A DNA stretch of 64,000 nucleotides, from NCBI GenBank assembly GCA_021463485.1, contig JAJTYJ010000001.1, positions 139,932 to 203,931 on the forward strand, in the 5' to 3' direction. Shown here in pieces: positions 9,001-18,153 of this stretch (its first letter is position 1; each line of letters begins with the position of its first letter). This DNA comes from a bacterium (GTDB lineage Bacteria; Patescibacteriota; UBA1384; 2-12-FULL-50-11). Under the pieces are notes generated by a model that made no database searches, was not told where the DNA came from, and saw nothing but the letters and a program-made list of their open reading frames with translations. The translations under genes and the position numbers were made by a program.

Positions 9001-9480
9001 ATGTTAAAAACACTCTACGTTATCGCGATCGGTTTATTATTTGCCGCTGTTGTTGGGTTAGGAATCGAAGCGTTCTACCCCCAACCAAAGTACCCTGAAT
9101 ACCCGAGAGAGCTAAATTACCCTGGAACTAACGGGTACACCGAAGAACAAAAAGCAGTACAAGATAAATTCGACGAAGAGAACAAAACCTTCATGAAGCG
9201 TATGGACACCTATAACCGAGATGTCTCACTAATACTTATCGGATTTGCGCTAGTAATTCTTGCTGTCTCGATTATCTGGGTCGGTAGTATTGAAGTGATC
9301 GGCGACGGGTTAACACTTGGTGGGGTCTTCACTCTGTTATACGGTCTGGGGCGAGCGTTGGCTGGCGGCGATGAAAAAGTCCGTTTTCTGGCTGTTGCTT
9401 TTGGATTAGTAGTGCTGGTCTTCCTTGCTTACTGGAAATATATTCGGCCGAACCAACAAAAAACGACTCCGCAGTCCTAA
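9001..9480 (+). CDS. Hypothetical membrane protein (4 TM)
   Basis: TM segments, FYPQPKYPEYP loop; TTGAAT-N16-TACGCT 6 nt before ATG. Confidence 0.7.
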   Translation: MLKTLYVIAIGLLFAAVVGLGIEAFYPQPKYPEYPRELNYPGTNGYTEEQKAVQDKFDEENKTFMKRMDTYNRDVSLILIGFALVILAVSIIWVGSIEVIGDGLTLGGVFTLLYGLGRALAGGDEKVRFLAVAFGLVVLVFLAYWKYIRPNQQKTTPQS

Positions 9481-9494
9481 GACGTTGGAGTCGT
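9458..9494 (-). terminator. Terminator of the 9513-9815 orphan gene, overlapping the 3' end of the 9001-9480 gene
   Basis: ACGACTCC...GGAGTCGT stem with an A-run on its left side. Confidence 0.55.
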
Positions 9495-9512
9495 GACGGG
9501 CGGCGATCGCCC

Positions 9513-9815
9513 TCAGGCGTATGCCGGGATACGGGCAGTCGCTCTGGAACCTTGGAGAAGGCGGGTGTGTCGGCGAGCGACACGAAGATGGTGATGGCGC
9601 TCGATCCAAGCGCGAATCGCATCGTAGCCCTCGTAAACCGAGTTTCCGTCGACCTCAAGTCGAACCGAAACGATCGGTCTCATGTTGCGACCATCAGGCT
9701 CAGGCTGGTCATCAACGTACTCGACATTCGCGCCGTCAATGAGCTTGAGCTCCGCTTCCAATTTTGTCGCCGTAGCGACGCACGTTCCAGAATAGATTCT
9801 AAGGTTCATAAGCAT
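9513..9815 (-). CDS. Orphan hypothetical protein, possibly a degenerate glutaredoxin/thioredoxin-like fold
   Basis: GAGGG SD; LRIYSGTC...NVEYVD...VYEGYDAIRAW pattern with only one Cys; fold call is weak. Confidence 0.55.
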   Translation of the reverse strand: MLMNLRIYSGTCVATATKLEAELKLIDGANVEYVDDQPEPDGRNMRPIVSVRLEVDGNSVYEGYDAIRAWIERHHHLRVARRHTRLLQGSRATARIPAYA

Positions 9816-9911
9816 TCCCTCGCTTCCCCGCTGGTTGCGGGTTCTAATATTCTCCTGCTAATTTATTCCATTGACAAGTACTTTTAGCTAATTTTCTGGC
9901 ATACTAGCGAA

Positions 9912-10976
9912 ATGAACGACGTCTATTTTCTTGCCGGTGGAGTGGTGCTTGGCGCCGGTATAACCTATTTTTTACTCAAAAACAGACAAAATGACTTTAG
10001 CTCGGTAAGCGAACAGCTCCTCAACTTAGCGAAAGAAAAGCTCGGCGCCGAGAAGGAAGTAATTAAGACGGATCTCGAGGGCAAAAAAGACGCGATAAAA
10101 ACGCTCGTTGACGAGATTCGCCTTCAACTCAAAGAAACGGACGAAAAACTAAGACGAAGCGAACAAGATAGAATTTCTAGTTTCTCAGCGCTACAAGAAG
10201 AGCTTAAGGCACACAAACAACTAGCCAGCGAACTGCGAGGCTCGACCGATGGATTAAAGAACGTTCTTTCAAACAATCAAACCCGCGGTCAATTCGGCGA
10301 ACGGATCGCTGAAGACCTGTTAAAAATGGCGGGCTTTGTAATCAACCAGGATTACTTTGTTCAGCATCAATCTGGCGAAGGTCGCCCGGACTTTACAGTG
10401 GTGCTGCCAGATAAAACTAAGATAAATATCGACGTAAAGTTCCCGTATCAGAATCTTCAAAAATCAGCGGAGGCGAAAGACCCAGAGGAGAAGAAGCGGC
10501 ATTTCGCTCAATTTCAGCGTGATGTTCGCAAGAAAATTGGCGACATCGCCAATCGTAACTATATAAACCCGGACGACAACACCGTCGATTTTGCCGTAGC
10601 CTTTATTCCTAACGAAATGATCTTTAGTTACATCTACGAACGTTCGAACGACATTTGGGAAGAAGCGATGGCTAAAAAAGTGGTATTAGCTGGTCCATAC
10701 TCGTTTGTGGCGCTCCTAAGACTAATCAAGCAAGCCCATTCTAACTTTCAGATGCAGTCAAATATTCATAATGTTATCTCGCTGGTTCAAAAATTTCGCC
10801 AAGAGTACGAGAAGTTCTCGACCGAGCTAGATGCGCTTGGAACTCGTCTCGAGTCTGCCAGTAAGCAGTATCAAGTTGTTAGTAGTACCCGCAGCCGTCA
10901 ACTCGGGCGTGTGATGGATCAAATCGAGAACCAGCACGTACTAGACAAAACCGAACAGAACTTATTAGACAATTAG
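9912..10976 (+). CDS. rmuC: DNA recombination protein RmuC
   Basis: RGQFGE, RPDF, IDVKFP, DFAVAFIPNE nuclease motifs, coiled coil, N-terminal TM. Confidence 0.9.
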   Translation: MNDVYFLAGGVVLGAGITYFLLKNRQNDFSSVSEQLLNLAKEKLGAEKEVIKTDLEGKKDAIKTLVDEIRLQLKETDEKLRRSEQDRISSFSALQEELKAHKQLASELRGSTDGLKNVLSNNQTRGQFGERIAEDLLKMAGFVINQDYFVQHQSGEGRPDFTVVLPDKTKINIDVKFPYQNLQKSAEAKDPEEKKRHFAQFQRDVRKKIGDIANRNYINPDDNTVDFAVAFIPNEMIFSYIYERSNDIWEEAMAKKVVLAGPYSFVALLRLIKQAHSNFQMQSNIHNVISLVQKFRQEYEKFSTELDALGTRLESASKQYQVVSSTRSRQLGRVMDQIENQHVLDKTEQNLLDN

Positions 10977-11026
10977 TTTCTTGAAAGGATCTCCTAATAA
11001 TGGGGGCTTTCAGGTAGAATCTTGGT

Positions 11027-12511
11027 ATGAGTCAGAACAAGCCTGAGGCTGAGATCCGATTAGACAAGCTAAACGAACTTAAAAAGCTCGGCATCAATCC
11101 GTATCCGAGCAGAACGCCAAGCTTTCACGTAATCGGCGAGGTTCGAAAAAAGAAAGAAGGCGAGAAGATAGCAACGGTGGGTCGGATTACAGCGATTCGA
11201 GAGCACGGCAAGTCGACCTTTTTTGACATCGAAGATCCAGAAGAAAAGCTGCAAGTTTATTTTAAGCTCGACGAAGTCGGCGAGAAGTCGTATGAGCTCT
11301 TGAAACTTCTGGACGTTGGCGATTACGTATGGATCTCGGGGGAGATGTTTATTACCAAAGCTGGCGAGCTTTCGTTAAAAGCTAAAGAATTTCAGCTACT
11401 GTCAAAATCATTACTACCAATTCCGGAGGGCTGGCACGGCCTGACGGACGTCGAAACGCGTTACCGATCGCGCTCTTTGGATTTTAAGATTAACAAATCT
11501 ACCCGAGAAATCATTAAAACCCGCAGTAACATTATTAGCGGTATTCGCGACTTTCTCGATCGCCACGGATTCATCGAAATAACCACGCCGGTACTACAGC
11601 CAATCCCAGGCGGTGCCACCGCTAGGCCGTTTATTACCCACCACAACGCGCTTGACGCCGATTTTTATCTCCGAGTTTCCGACGAGCTGTATTTGAAACG
11701 CTTAGTCGTGGGTGGCTTCGAGCGCGTCTACGAGATCGGCCCGGATTTCCGCAACGAAGGATTGTCTCACATGCATAATCCAGAGTTCACGATGTGTGAG
11801 TTCTACTGGGCGTACCAAACGGCCGAAGGGTTGCGCGGTGTTACTCAAAAACTAGTTCAAGAATTAGTCGAAAAAACAAACGGTACGTTAACTATTGAGT
11901 ACCAAGGTCACAAACTCGACTTTAGCGGTGATTTCGTAGTTAAAAAATATCGCGACCTTATTGAAGAAGAGACCGGGATTAATATCGACACCGAGAACGA
12001 TTTTAAAAAGCTTAACGCCGCTGTTAAAGCAAAAAAAATTGAATTCAAGGGCCAAGATATTAAAGTGTGGAGCGAGTTAGTTGATGAGCTGTTCAAAAAA
12101 ACCTGCCGACCCAAGATTGTTCAACCTACATTCGTTATCGATTACCCGATCGCGACCGCGCCGCTAGCCAAACGTTACGAAGATCGGCCAGAGACTGCAC
12201 AAAAGTTCCAGCTAATTGTGGCGGGTGGGTTTGAATTAGTAAATGCGTACTCAGAGCTAAACGATCCGCTCGATCAAGAAGCGAGATTCCGTGAACAGAT
12301 GGAGATGCGCGAAGAAGGTTGGGACGAAGCGCAGATGCTCGACGAAAACTACATCGAGGCTTTAAAATTCGGTATGCCGCCGACTGCCGGTTGGGGAATG
12401 GGAATCGATCGGATGACGATGATTTTGACGAACCAATATTCTATAAAGGAAGTTATACCCTTTCCTACGCTAAAACCTATCAAGAATATTGGTGAGGAGA
12501 AAACGAAGTAA
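11027..12511 (+). CDS. lysS: Lysine--tRNA ligase (class II)
   Basis: OB-fold, GGATARPFITHH, FRNEG motif 2, GMPPTAGWGMGIDR motif 3. Confidence 0.97.
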   Translation: MSQNKPEAEIRLDKLNELKKLGINPYPSRTPSFHVIGEVRKKKEGEKIATVGRITAIREHGKSTFFDIEDPEEKLQVYFKLDEVGEKSYELLKLLDVGDYVWISGEMFITKAGELSLKAKEFQLLSKSLLPIPEGWHGLTDVETRYRSRSLDFKINKSTREIIKTRSNIISGIRDFLDRHGFIEITTPVLQPIPGGATARPFITHHNALDADFYLRVSDELYLKRLVVGGFERVYEIGPDFRNEGLSHMHNPEFTMCEFYWAYQTAEGLRGVTQKLVQELVEKTNGTLTIEYQGHKLDFSGDFVVKKYRDLIEEETGINIDTENDFKKLNAAVKAKKIEFKGQDIKVWSELVDELFKKTCRPKIVQPTFVIDYPIATAPLAKRYEDRPETAQKFQLIVAGGFELVNAYSELNDPLDQEARFREQMEMREEGWDEAQMLDENYIEALKFGMPPTAGWGMGIDRMTMILTNQYSIKEVIPFPTLKPIKNIGEEKTK

Positions 12512-12594
12512 TGCTGAGTATTCTCACTAACCAGCACTCAATTAAAGAAGTAATTCCGTTCCCGACGCTTCGCCCAATAAACGAAGGAAAATGA
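12511..12594 (+). other. Mini-ORF (27 aa) that is a recoded duplicate of the LysS C-terminus
   Basis: MLSILTNQHSIKEVIPFPTLRPINEGK versus LysS ...MTMILTNQYSIKEVIPFPTLKPIKN; TAATG overlap with the lysS stop and ATGA overlap with the pgeF start. Confidence 0.85.
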
Positions 12595-13391
12595 GTACTA
12601 TGGAAGCGTATCGTTTCCAAAATCTCTCGAAATTCCCCGAATTGGTTCACGGCGTCGCCACCGCTGCCTTTGGTAATATGTCGTTTCTGTACGGGCGAGA
12701 CGACGAGGTGATCGCTAACCGATATAAGTTCTTCACCTCGCTTGACGTTAACCCAGAGAAAGTTGCTGTCGCCCAGCTCTTTCACGAAGCTGATGTTCTC
12801 GAAGTAACAGAGAAAGATCGCGGTAAGGGCGTCGAAGAGACAAGATCACTCCTGTCGGCCGATATTCTAGTAACCAATAAACCCGATGTTTTTCTGTTCT
12901 TTGTAGTCGCCGACTGTCTGGCGCTTTTCTTCTACGACCCTGTTACTGGTTGCGTAGCGCTTGCTCACGCCGGGTGGAAAGGCGTTCACCGAGAAGTTCC
13001 TCGAGTAGCGATTCAAGCTCTTCGAGAACGTTACGGCGCCAAACCTGAAAATATCCTTGTAGGTATGTCTCCGAGCATTAAGAAGGAGTCGGCTAAATTC
13101 AAAGAGATAAACCAGACAAAGTTCCCTCAGTGGCAGCCGTATATATATAGGTGCAATAAATGCACCTTCTCTGACAAAAATATTGTCAGAGATAACGAGG
13201 TTGAACACTACCATGTTGACGTTTCTCGATTTGCTTACGATCAACTACTTAGCACTGGGATTTACGAGGAACATATCGAAGAATCGCCGATCGACACTCG
13301 TACTAGCTCAGACTTTTTCTCACATCGGCGCAGCGACGAAGAGAATATTCCCGAAGCCCGCTTTGGCTGTGTAATTGGCATTAAGAAATAG
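12591..13391 (+). CDS. pgeF: PgeF/YfiH-family peptidoglycan editing factor (purine nucleoside phosphorylase-like)
   Basis: QLFH, VADCL, AHAGWKG, FFSHRR motifs. Confidence 0.88.
   Translation: MSTMEAYRFQNLSKFPELVHGVATAAFGNMSFLYGRDDEVIANRYKFFTSLDVNPEKVAVAQLFHEADVLEVTEKDRGKGVEETRSLLSADILVTNKPDVFLFFVVADCLALFFYDPVTGCVALAHAGWKGVHREVPRVAIQALRERYGAKPENILVGMSPSIKKESAKFKEINQTKFPQWQPYIYRCNKCTFSDKNIVRDNEVEHYHVDVSRFAYDQLLSTGIYEEHIEESPIDTRTSSDFFSHRRSDEENIPEARFGCVIGIKK
13149..13192. repeat. Two back-to-back perfect palindromes, in frame inside pgeF
   Basis: AGGTGCA-ataaa-TGCACCT (7 bp) immediately followed by TCTCTGACAA-aaata-TTGTCAGAGA (10 bp). Confidence 0.8.
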
Positions 13392-13466
13392 TTTTACCCT
13401 ACCCCTTTCTAAAAAATTACTCTGTTAACCAATTAGAAATTATTCCAAAAATTCCGTCTAAACTTA

Positions 13467-13495
13467 TTGACATTTTGCAATGTTTCGGGTATAGT
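13467..13495 (+). promoter_or_regulatory. Near-consensus sigma70 promoter of the two-gene orphan cassette
   Basis: TTGACA-N17-TATAGT. Confidence 0.8.
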
Positions 13496-13593
13496 TAGCG
13501 CCGCATCGTGAGAGTTCAGAAAACAACCACGACGCACATAAACATAACGACATTGCTACGACGGCCGGCGACGGCCCAAGGAGACACGCACCA

Positions 13594-14190
13594 ATGAAGA
13601 CTCTGAAAATGCTTCTCTTCGTCATTGTGCTCGTCGTCGGCTCAGCTTCTGCGTTCGCGCAGAGCGTCGACGAACTCGGCGGAGCGAACCCGCCGGTCAC
13701 GAGCACCGACCCAGTCGGCCAAGACCCCACGAACTTGCCGAGTCATCAACCTCCGCCCTGGGAAACTCGGGAGGGAGTTGAGGTAGCGGCTCGGAATTAC
13801 TTCGAGGCAAAAAACCAGTACAACGAGTGTCGGCATCGCGGCGACAAGCCGGGCATGGCTCGCGCCGCGAAGCGGATGCGCACTCACTCGAACGCCCTGG
13901 CTGCCTTTAAAAAGCAGCAAGCGGCGCGCGACAAGGCGCAAGACGCTAGGCTCGATGCTCACAGCAACCTCGTGTGGAAGCACGAGTCGCAGTTGAACGG
14001 CAAAGGCGGTCTTAACGACCGACAAGGCAAAACCGAAAAGCGCGTAAAAACGCTTGAGGAAGAGATGGACGCCGTGACGCCGGCAATCGCCGGCATCAAC
14101 GGAAAGTTCGACGGACTCACTTGGTGGGTTCTGATTCTCACTCTCATCGTTCTGATCGGCTTTGGCCGACGCTACTGGATCCACCGCTAA
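13594..14190 (+). CDS. Exported coiled-coil protein with a C-terminal TM anchor
   Basis: Signal peptide ending ASAFA, helical heptads, C-terminal TM plus basic tail; AAGGAG SD; GC-rich. Confidence 0.7.
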   Translation: MKTLKMLLFVIVLVVGSASAFAQSVDELGGANPPVTSTDPVGQDPTNLPSHQPPPWETREGVEVAARNYFEAKNQYNECRHRGDKPGMARAAKRMRTHSNALAAFKKQQAARDKAQDARLDAHSNLVWKHESQLNGKGGLNDRQGKTEKRVKTLEEEMDAVTPAIAGINGKFDGLTWWVLILTLIVLIGFGRRYWIHR

Positions 14191-14207
14191 GGAGTCGGGA
14201 AGAAACC

Positions 14208-14855
14208 ATGAACATCAGTGACCTCATGCTGACCACGCCCCTCGGGGCGATCCTCATCATCGTCTTGCTCGTCCTGGCCGCCATCGCGGCTTGGGGGGCA
14301 TACGCAAACCGTCCTACCGCCAGGCTGGAGACGGCACCGCCGACTCCGCCTCAGCGACCGACCCCAGCTCCGGAGCCTCCGAAGAAGGAGGAGCCGAAGC
14401 CAATCGTCGAGCAACCCCTCCCCAAAAAGGAGTCGGAACCTTGCACTTGCAAGGAAGAGGAACCGTGCGCCAAGGAGCGCGAGGAGATTAGGCGCCTAGA
14501 AGGCGAGCTGGAGACGGCGAGAGCCGACAGCAACACGAAGGAGGGTGAGAACAACGAACTCACCAAACGTCTCGCCAACGCCAACCGGCGACTCGAGGAG
14601 TCGCAGACGAATGCGAAGCTGGCCAAGCCGCAGAAGGTGACGGCCAGTAACATCCTTCCGTTGCTCGATGATCTCGGCAACATCAACTTCAGCGCTGCAA
14701 AGCAGCTTCGGGCGGAGGCCAACAAGCCTCAGCCTGAGTACGCACGGATCGAGAAGCGACTCGGAGTTTTCGCGGACTACTGCGAGCAGCGCGGCTTCGA
14801 ACGCCCCGACCCCGGCACTCTACTGCAGCTTCTGCAGGAAGCGCTCAAGCAGTAG
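14208..14855 (+). CDS. Membrane-anchored Pro-rich/coiled-coil hypothetical protein
   Basis: Start reassigned to MNISDL; N-terminal TM, PPTPPQRP linker, coiled coil. Confidence 0.7.
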   Translation: MNISDLMLTTPLGAILIIVLLVLAAIAAWGAYANRPTARLETAPPTPPQRPTPAPEPPKKEEPKPIVEQPLPKKESEPCTCKEEEPCAKEREEIRRLEGELETARADSNTKEGENNELTKRLANANRRLEESQTNAKLAKPQKVTASNILPLLDDLGNINFSAAKQLRAEANKPQPEYARIEKRLGVFADYCEQRGFERPDPGTLLQLLQEALKQ

Positions 14856-14875
14856 CGCAACAATGAATCCACAAC

Positions 14876-14921
14876 GGACCGTTCTCAATGGCACCAGCCA
14901 ACGAGACGGTCCTCTTTTTTT
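14876..14921 (+). terminator. Intrinsic terminator of the 13594-14855 cassette
   Basis: GGACCGT...ACGGTCC stem followed by a T-tract. Confidence 0.65.
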
Positions 14922-14930
14922 ATCTAATTT

Positions 14931-17780
14931 TTATTTGATTAATTTAATTAGCTCCCGGAGCGAGATAGTATGATCGTACTGTTGGTCACCTTCATCACGC
15001 ATTAAAGTAATATTAAAGTCTATGGTCTCCGGTTCTCCAACGCCTTCTGCCATTAGTATTGAAAGCGGAGTCTCCGATAGTTTTTGCGAGCGAGGGATAT
15101 TTAATGCCTCTTTAATCTCTGCTGCTTGTTCGCTGTTATCCGCTGCTTCAGAAAAATTAATTGACTGGCCCTCGGCGAAATCGTCTGGGGTTTTACCCGC
15201 CTCTGTAATTAAATCGTACAACTCCTTGTCGGGCTCAGACTCTGACTCCGGTTCTGGCTCGGGAGCTTGGGTTAGCTGCTCTACTTGTTTTTCAGGTTGT
15301 TGAGTATGATTTGGATTTTCTTCTTCGGTTGGGGACCGATCTTGTTCTGTAACTTCCTCCGATTGAGATGATTCTAGATTTCGCCCAACTACCATTGATT
15401 CGATCGTTGAATACACAAATGGTTGAGCAATTTTGCCAACCTTAGTAACGATCGTTTGACGCTTTGAATCGACTCGATCTACGGTGATTTTTACCAAACC
15501 ATTTTCTTTCTCACCGCTTCGCAGAACAGTAGTGCCGATTCGGCTTGAATCACCCTCAGGAACTCTCAAGAAAAGTACGTCACCTTGGGCTATATCTTCA
15601 AACTTTACGCTCGCTTCGTTCTCCTCAACGCTCTTATTTGCTTCTACCCTTACAGTATTAATATTAGGCTGGCCGTTAACAGTGATGGGCACCGGTTCTT
15701 CCTTTTGAAGCTGTTTCTTGGCGTTAGCATCTTCAAACCGGTCAACAATCTCGTTAAGCAGAGCTGTCACTTCTTTGCTTGATGGGTTTGTTATAACTTT
15801 CCAACCATCTTTCTCCCGTGAATCAGTTCTACCAAGAACAATCTTAGGCGGGTTCGGCAACGGCCGCCCTTCGCGATCGTACTCTGGCTCCGGATATTCT
15901 AACTTAATAGATTGGGAGAAATTGTCTTTGTTTTTCAAGAAGATCGACGTGACCGAACGACCGTCTGGTGCTGGAGTCTTGCTCATTGTGATCCCAAATG
16001 TGTTTAACGTATCTTCGTCTAATTCAGAAGCTCCAAACGAATACAGCTTCTCAACATCTTCAACTATCGACGCAGCGTCACTACTTTCTGGTTCAACTTT
16101 CTTATCGCCTTTTTCGTTATAAGCCTCCAGGAAAGCCTTGCTAATATCCTCTTCAACACCTTCAAGGATTTCTTGATGACCAGTAGTGTCTTTTTCGGCC
16201 CACCGAACCGGTAAGTTCTTGCCATTTTCACCAGCTGGTAATTCTTTTTGGTCACGGGCGTTAAGAGCTGCTTGCTCGCCATCCGTTTTATCAACGCCCG
16301 ATTCTTCTGGTTTTTTGCGCATCGGTAACGCTTTAGCTTCGCCGCCCGGTAATGCTAGCCGATTATCATCAGATTTTGATTCAGTTGCCTTGGGTTCTCC
16401 GCCACTCTTTTTAACAGATGAAAAGAACTCAGCCAAGAACTGCAGCTGTGCCCCAGCTATTGGCACAGCTTCTTTCCAGAACGATCCGGCTAACGCAGCA
16501 GCGCGCTCAGCAAGTTCGGGATTATTTTGCACTATCAAGTTGCGGAAGATACTATCGTTGAGACCTGATAATACGTGAACTTCGCTACCATTATTTAACA
16601 CGGCTGTTGTAACTTCGGCAGCCTTATTGACGCCAAACTCAGCCGCCGCAGTTCCACCGTTGTAGTTAAAGACAAAACCTCCTGTTTTTTCGAGTTGTTG
16701 GGCAAACCCTGGATCGGCGCTAGCGATATCACTCGGGTTAATTTTTTCGACAAAATGTTGTATTCCATCTTTATCAAAATCTGCCCATACCCCACGAACT
16801 TTATCAATATCGGCATTAAGCAAGCTCTCCTGAATTGCATATCCTCCCAGCCCACCTAATATTGAACCACCTGCTGCAATAATGTCAGCTACCTTCTCTC
16901 GTTTTTTTTCAAGACGCATCTTGTCATAGCCAAGTCTTTGCGTTTCAGCTAAACCACTGAGTTCCTTCTCCACTTTATTTTCCGCATAAAGTGCCTGGTA
17001 GCTTTCATAATGAGTGAGGTCAATAAAGTATTGATGGAGTTCTGCAAGTTGTTTGTCGATTTCCACCCTTCGTTCTTCGTCGGCCTCCTCGCGCTCCATG
17101 ACTAGATCCACAGCTTGGTCTTGAAGCCTGGCTGCCTCGGCAAATACCTTAGAGCGAGATTCGATAACTTTGGTTCTACCCTCACGTTCATCCTTCTTAA
17201 AATGTCGGTAAAGCTCGAAGGCCCCTCGCGCCGCAGCACCGCCAGCCAACGCCGCTAGAAAGACAGGCGAGCCGACTGTCCCACCGAGTATTGCGGCAAT
17301 ACCTGCACCGATACCACCAGCAACACCGGTTTTTACACCAATTTTGCCGAGACGAAGTGCGCCATCACGACCTAATAATCGAAATGCTTTTTTAAGTTCT
17401 TTGGCTTGCTCTTCAGGCTTTGCATCAGCAACTCGTTCAGAGATTTTTAAGTCAGAGTATTCACCTGCAAATACAGCTTTGGTTTGCTTAATAAATCGGC
17501 TAAGTACATTACCCTCACTAATTTTATAACGCTCCGCGATCTCTTCGATACTTCGCTGTCGGGCCTGCTCAACGTAATTAATAGCGAATTTCTCGCGTTC
17601 CTGTTTATTATCGACAACCGTATCGGCGTTCTCGGGTGAAATCAGTGGAGCAGGCTCTTCCGGGGTTGGTTCGCTTTCTGGTTTTTCGGCTACTTCCTCA
17701 GTGGTATCTTTCCACTCGTCGGGGCTTAATTCATAAACTTCCGGATCTTGGCCAGCATCAGCGCCCCTCAGCTCCGACAT
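14931..17780 (-). CDS. Large acidic hypothetical protein (949 aa) with glycine-zipper hydrophobic hairpins
   Basis: GVAGGIGAGIAAILGG...LAALAGGAAARG and IIAAGGSILGGLGG segments, coiled coil, acidic disordered linkers, no signal peptide. Confidence 0.7.
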   Translation of the reverse strand: MSELRGADAGQDPEVYELSPDEWKDTTEEVAEKPESEPTPEEPAPLISPENADTVVDNKQEREKFAINYVEQARQRSIEEIAERYKISEGNVLSRFIKQTKAVFAGEYSDLKISERVADAKPEEQAKELKKAFRLLGRDGALRLGKIGVKTGVAGGIGAGIAAILGGTVGSPVFLAALAGGAAARGAFELYRHFKKDEREGRTKVIESRSKVFAEAARLQDQAVDLVMEREEADEERRVEIDKQLAELHQYFIDLTHYESYQALYAENKVEKELSGLAETQRLGYDKMRLEKKREKVADIIAAGGSILGGLGGYAIQESLLNADIDKVRGVWADFDKDGIQHFVEKINPSDIASADPGFAQQLEKTGGFVFNYNGGTAAAEFGVNKAAEVTTAVLNNGSEVHVLSGLNDSIFRNLIVQNNPELAERAAALAGSFWKEAVPIAGAQLQFLAEFFSSVKKSGGEPKATESKSDDNRLALPGGEAKALPMRKKPEESGVDKTDGEQAALNARDQKELPAGENGKNLPVRWAEKDTTGHQEILEGVEEDISKAFLEAYNEKGDKKVEPESSDAASIVEDVEKLYSFGASELDEDTLNTFGITMSKTPAPDGRSVTSIFLKNKDNFSQSIKLEYPEPEYDREGRPLPNPPKIVLGRTDSREKDGWKVITNPSSKEVTALLNEIVDRFEDANAKKQLQKEEPVPITVNGQPNINTVRVEANKSVEENEASVKFEDIAQGDVLFLRVPEGDSSRIGTTVLRSGEKENGLVKITVDRVDSKRQTIVTKVGKIAQPFVYSTIESMVVGRNLESSQSEEVTEQDRSPTEEENPNHTQQPEKQVEQLTQAPEPEPESESEPDKELYDLITEAGKTPDDFAEGQSINFSEAADNSEQAAEIKEALNIPRSQKLSETPLSILMAEGVGEPETIDFNITLMRDEGDQQYDHTISLRELIKLIK

Positions 17781-17781
17781 T

Positions 17782-18117
17782 TTAGTTACTCTGGTGCTGA
17801 CCGCGCAGCGTCTCAGAGATAGAAGCCATCTCTACCTTATACGCAAGTGATTCTGTCGTGGCAATCTGATCAATATCAATACCGTTTTCTTCAAAGAACG
17901 CCTGAACAGCCTTGGCATCACCAGCATTAATCAGTTCTTTTAATTTATCTAGACCTTGTTCATCGAGCTGGTCGGCGACTCGCAGCATTACTCGATTCAT
18001 CACCGTCTCATACGCTTTCTGAAAAACGTCTGCCTTTTCTTCCTCAGACAGTCCCTCAAGTTCAGAAACCTCAAACAAGCTCTTCTGTAATACGTCTTCT
18101 AGCCCAATATTACTCAT
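17782..18117 (-). CDS. Small acidic helical protein, DUF5663-like
   Basis: LEGLSEEEKADVFQKAYETVMNRV...DQL pattern recalled from CPR DUF5663 proteins; TACGCT 6 nt before ATG. Confidence 0.6.
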   Translation of the reverse strand: MSNIGLEDVLQKSLFEVSELEGLSEEEKADVFQKAYETVMNRVMLRVADQLDEQGLDKLKELINAGDAKAVQAFFEENGIDIDQIATTESLAYKVEMASISETLRGQHQSN

Positions 18118-18153
18118 ACTACGAGCGTAGCAAATTCGAATAACATTACAACG

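Noticed and set aside
13642-14725. Long antisense ORFs (180 aa, 124 aa) over the GC-rich cassette
   Set aside because: They are shadow frames of GC-rich coding DNA; the promoter, SD and terminator all support the + strand genes.
15225-15265. PEPEPESESEP repeat in the 949-aa protein
   Set aside because: It is a low-complexity protein linker with degenerate codons, not a DNA repeat array.
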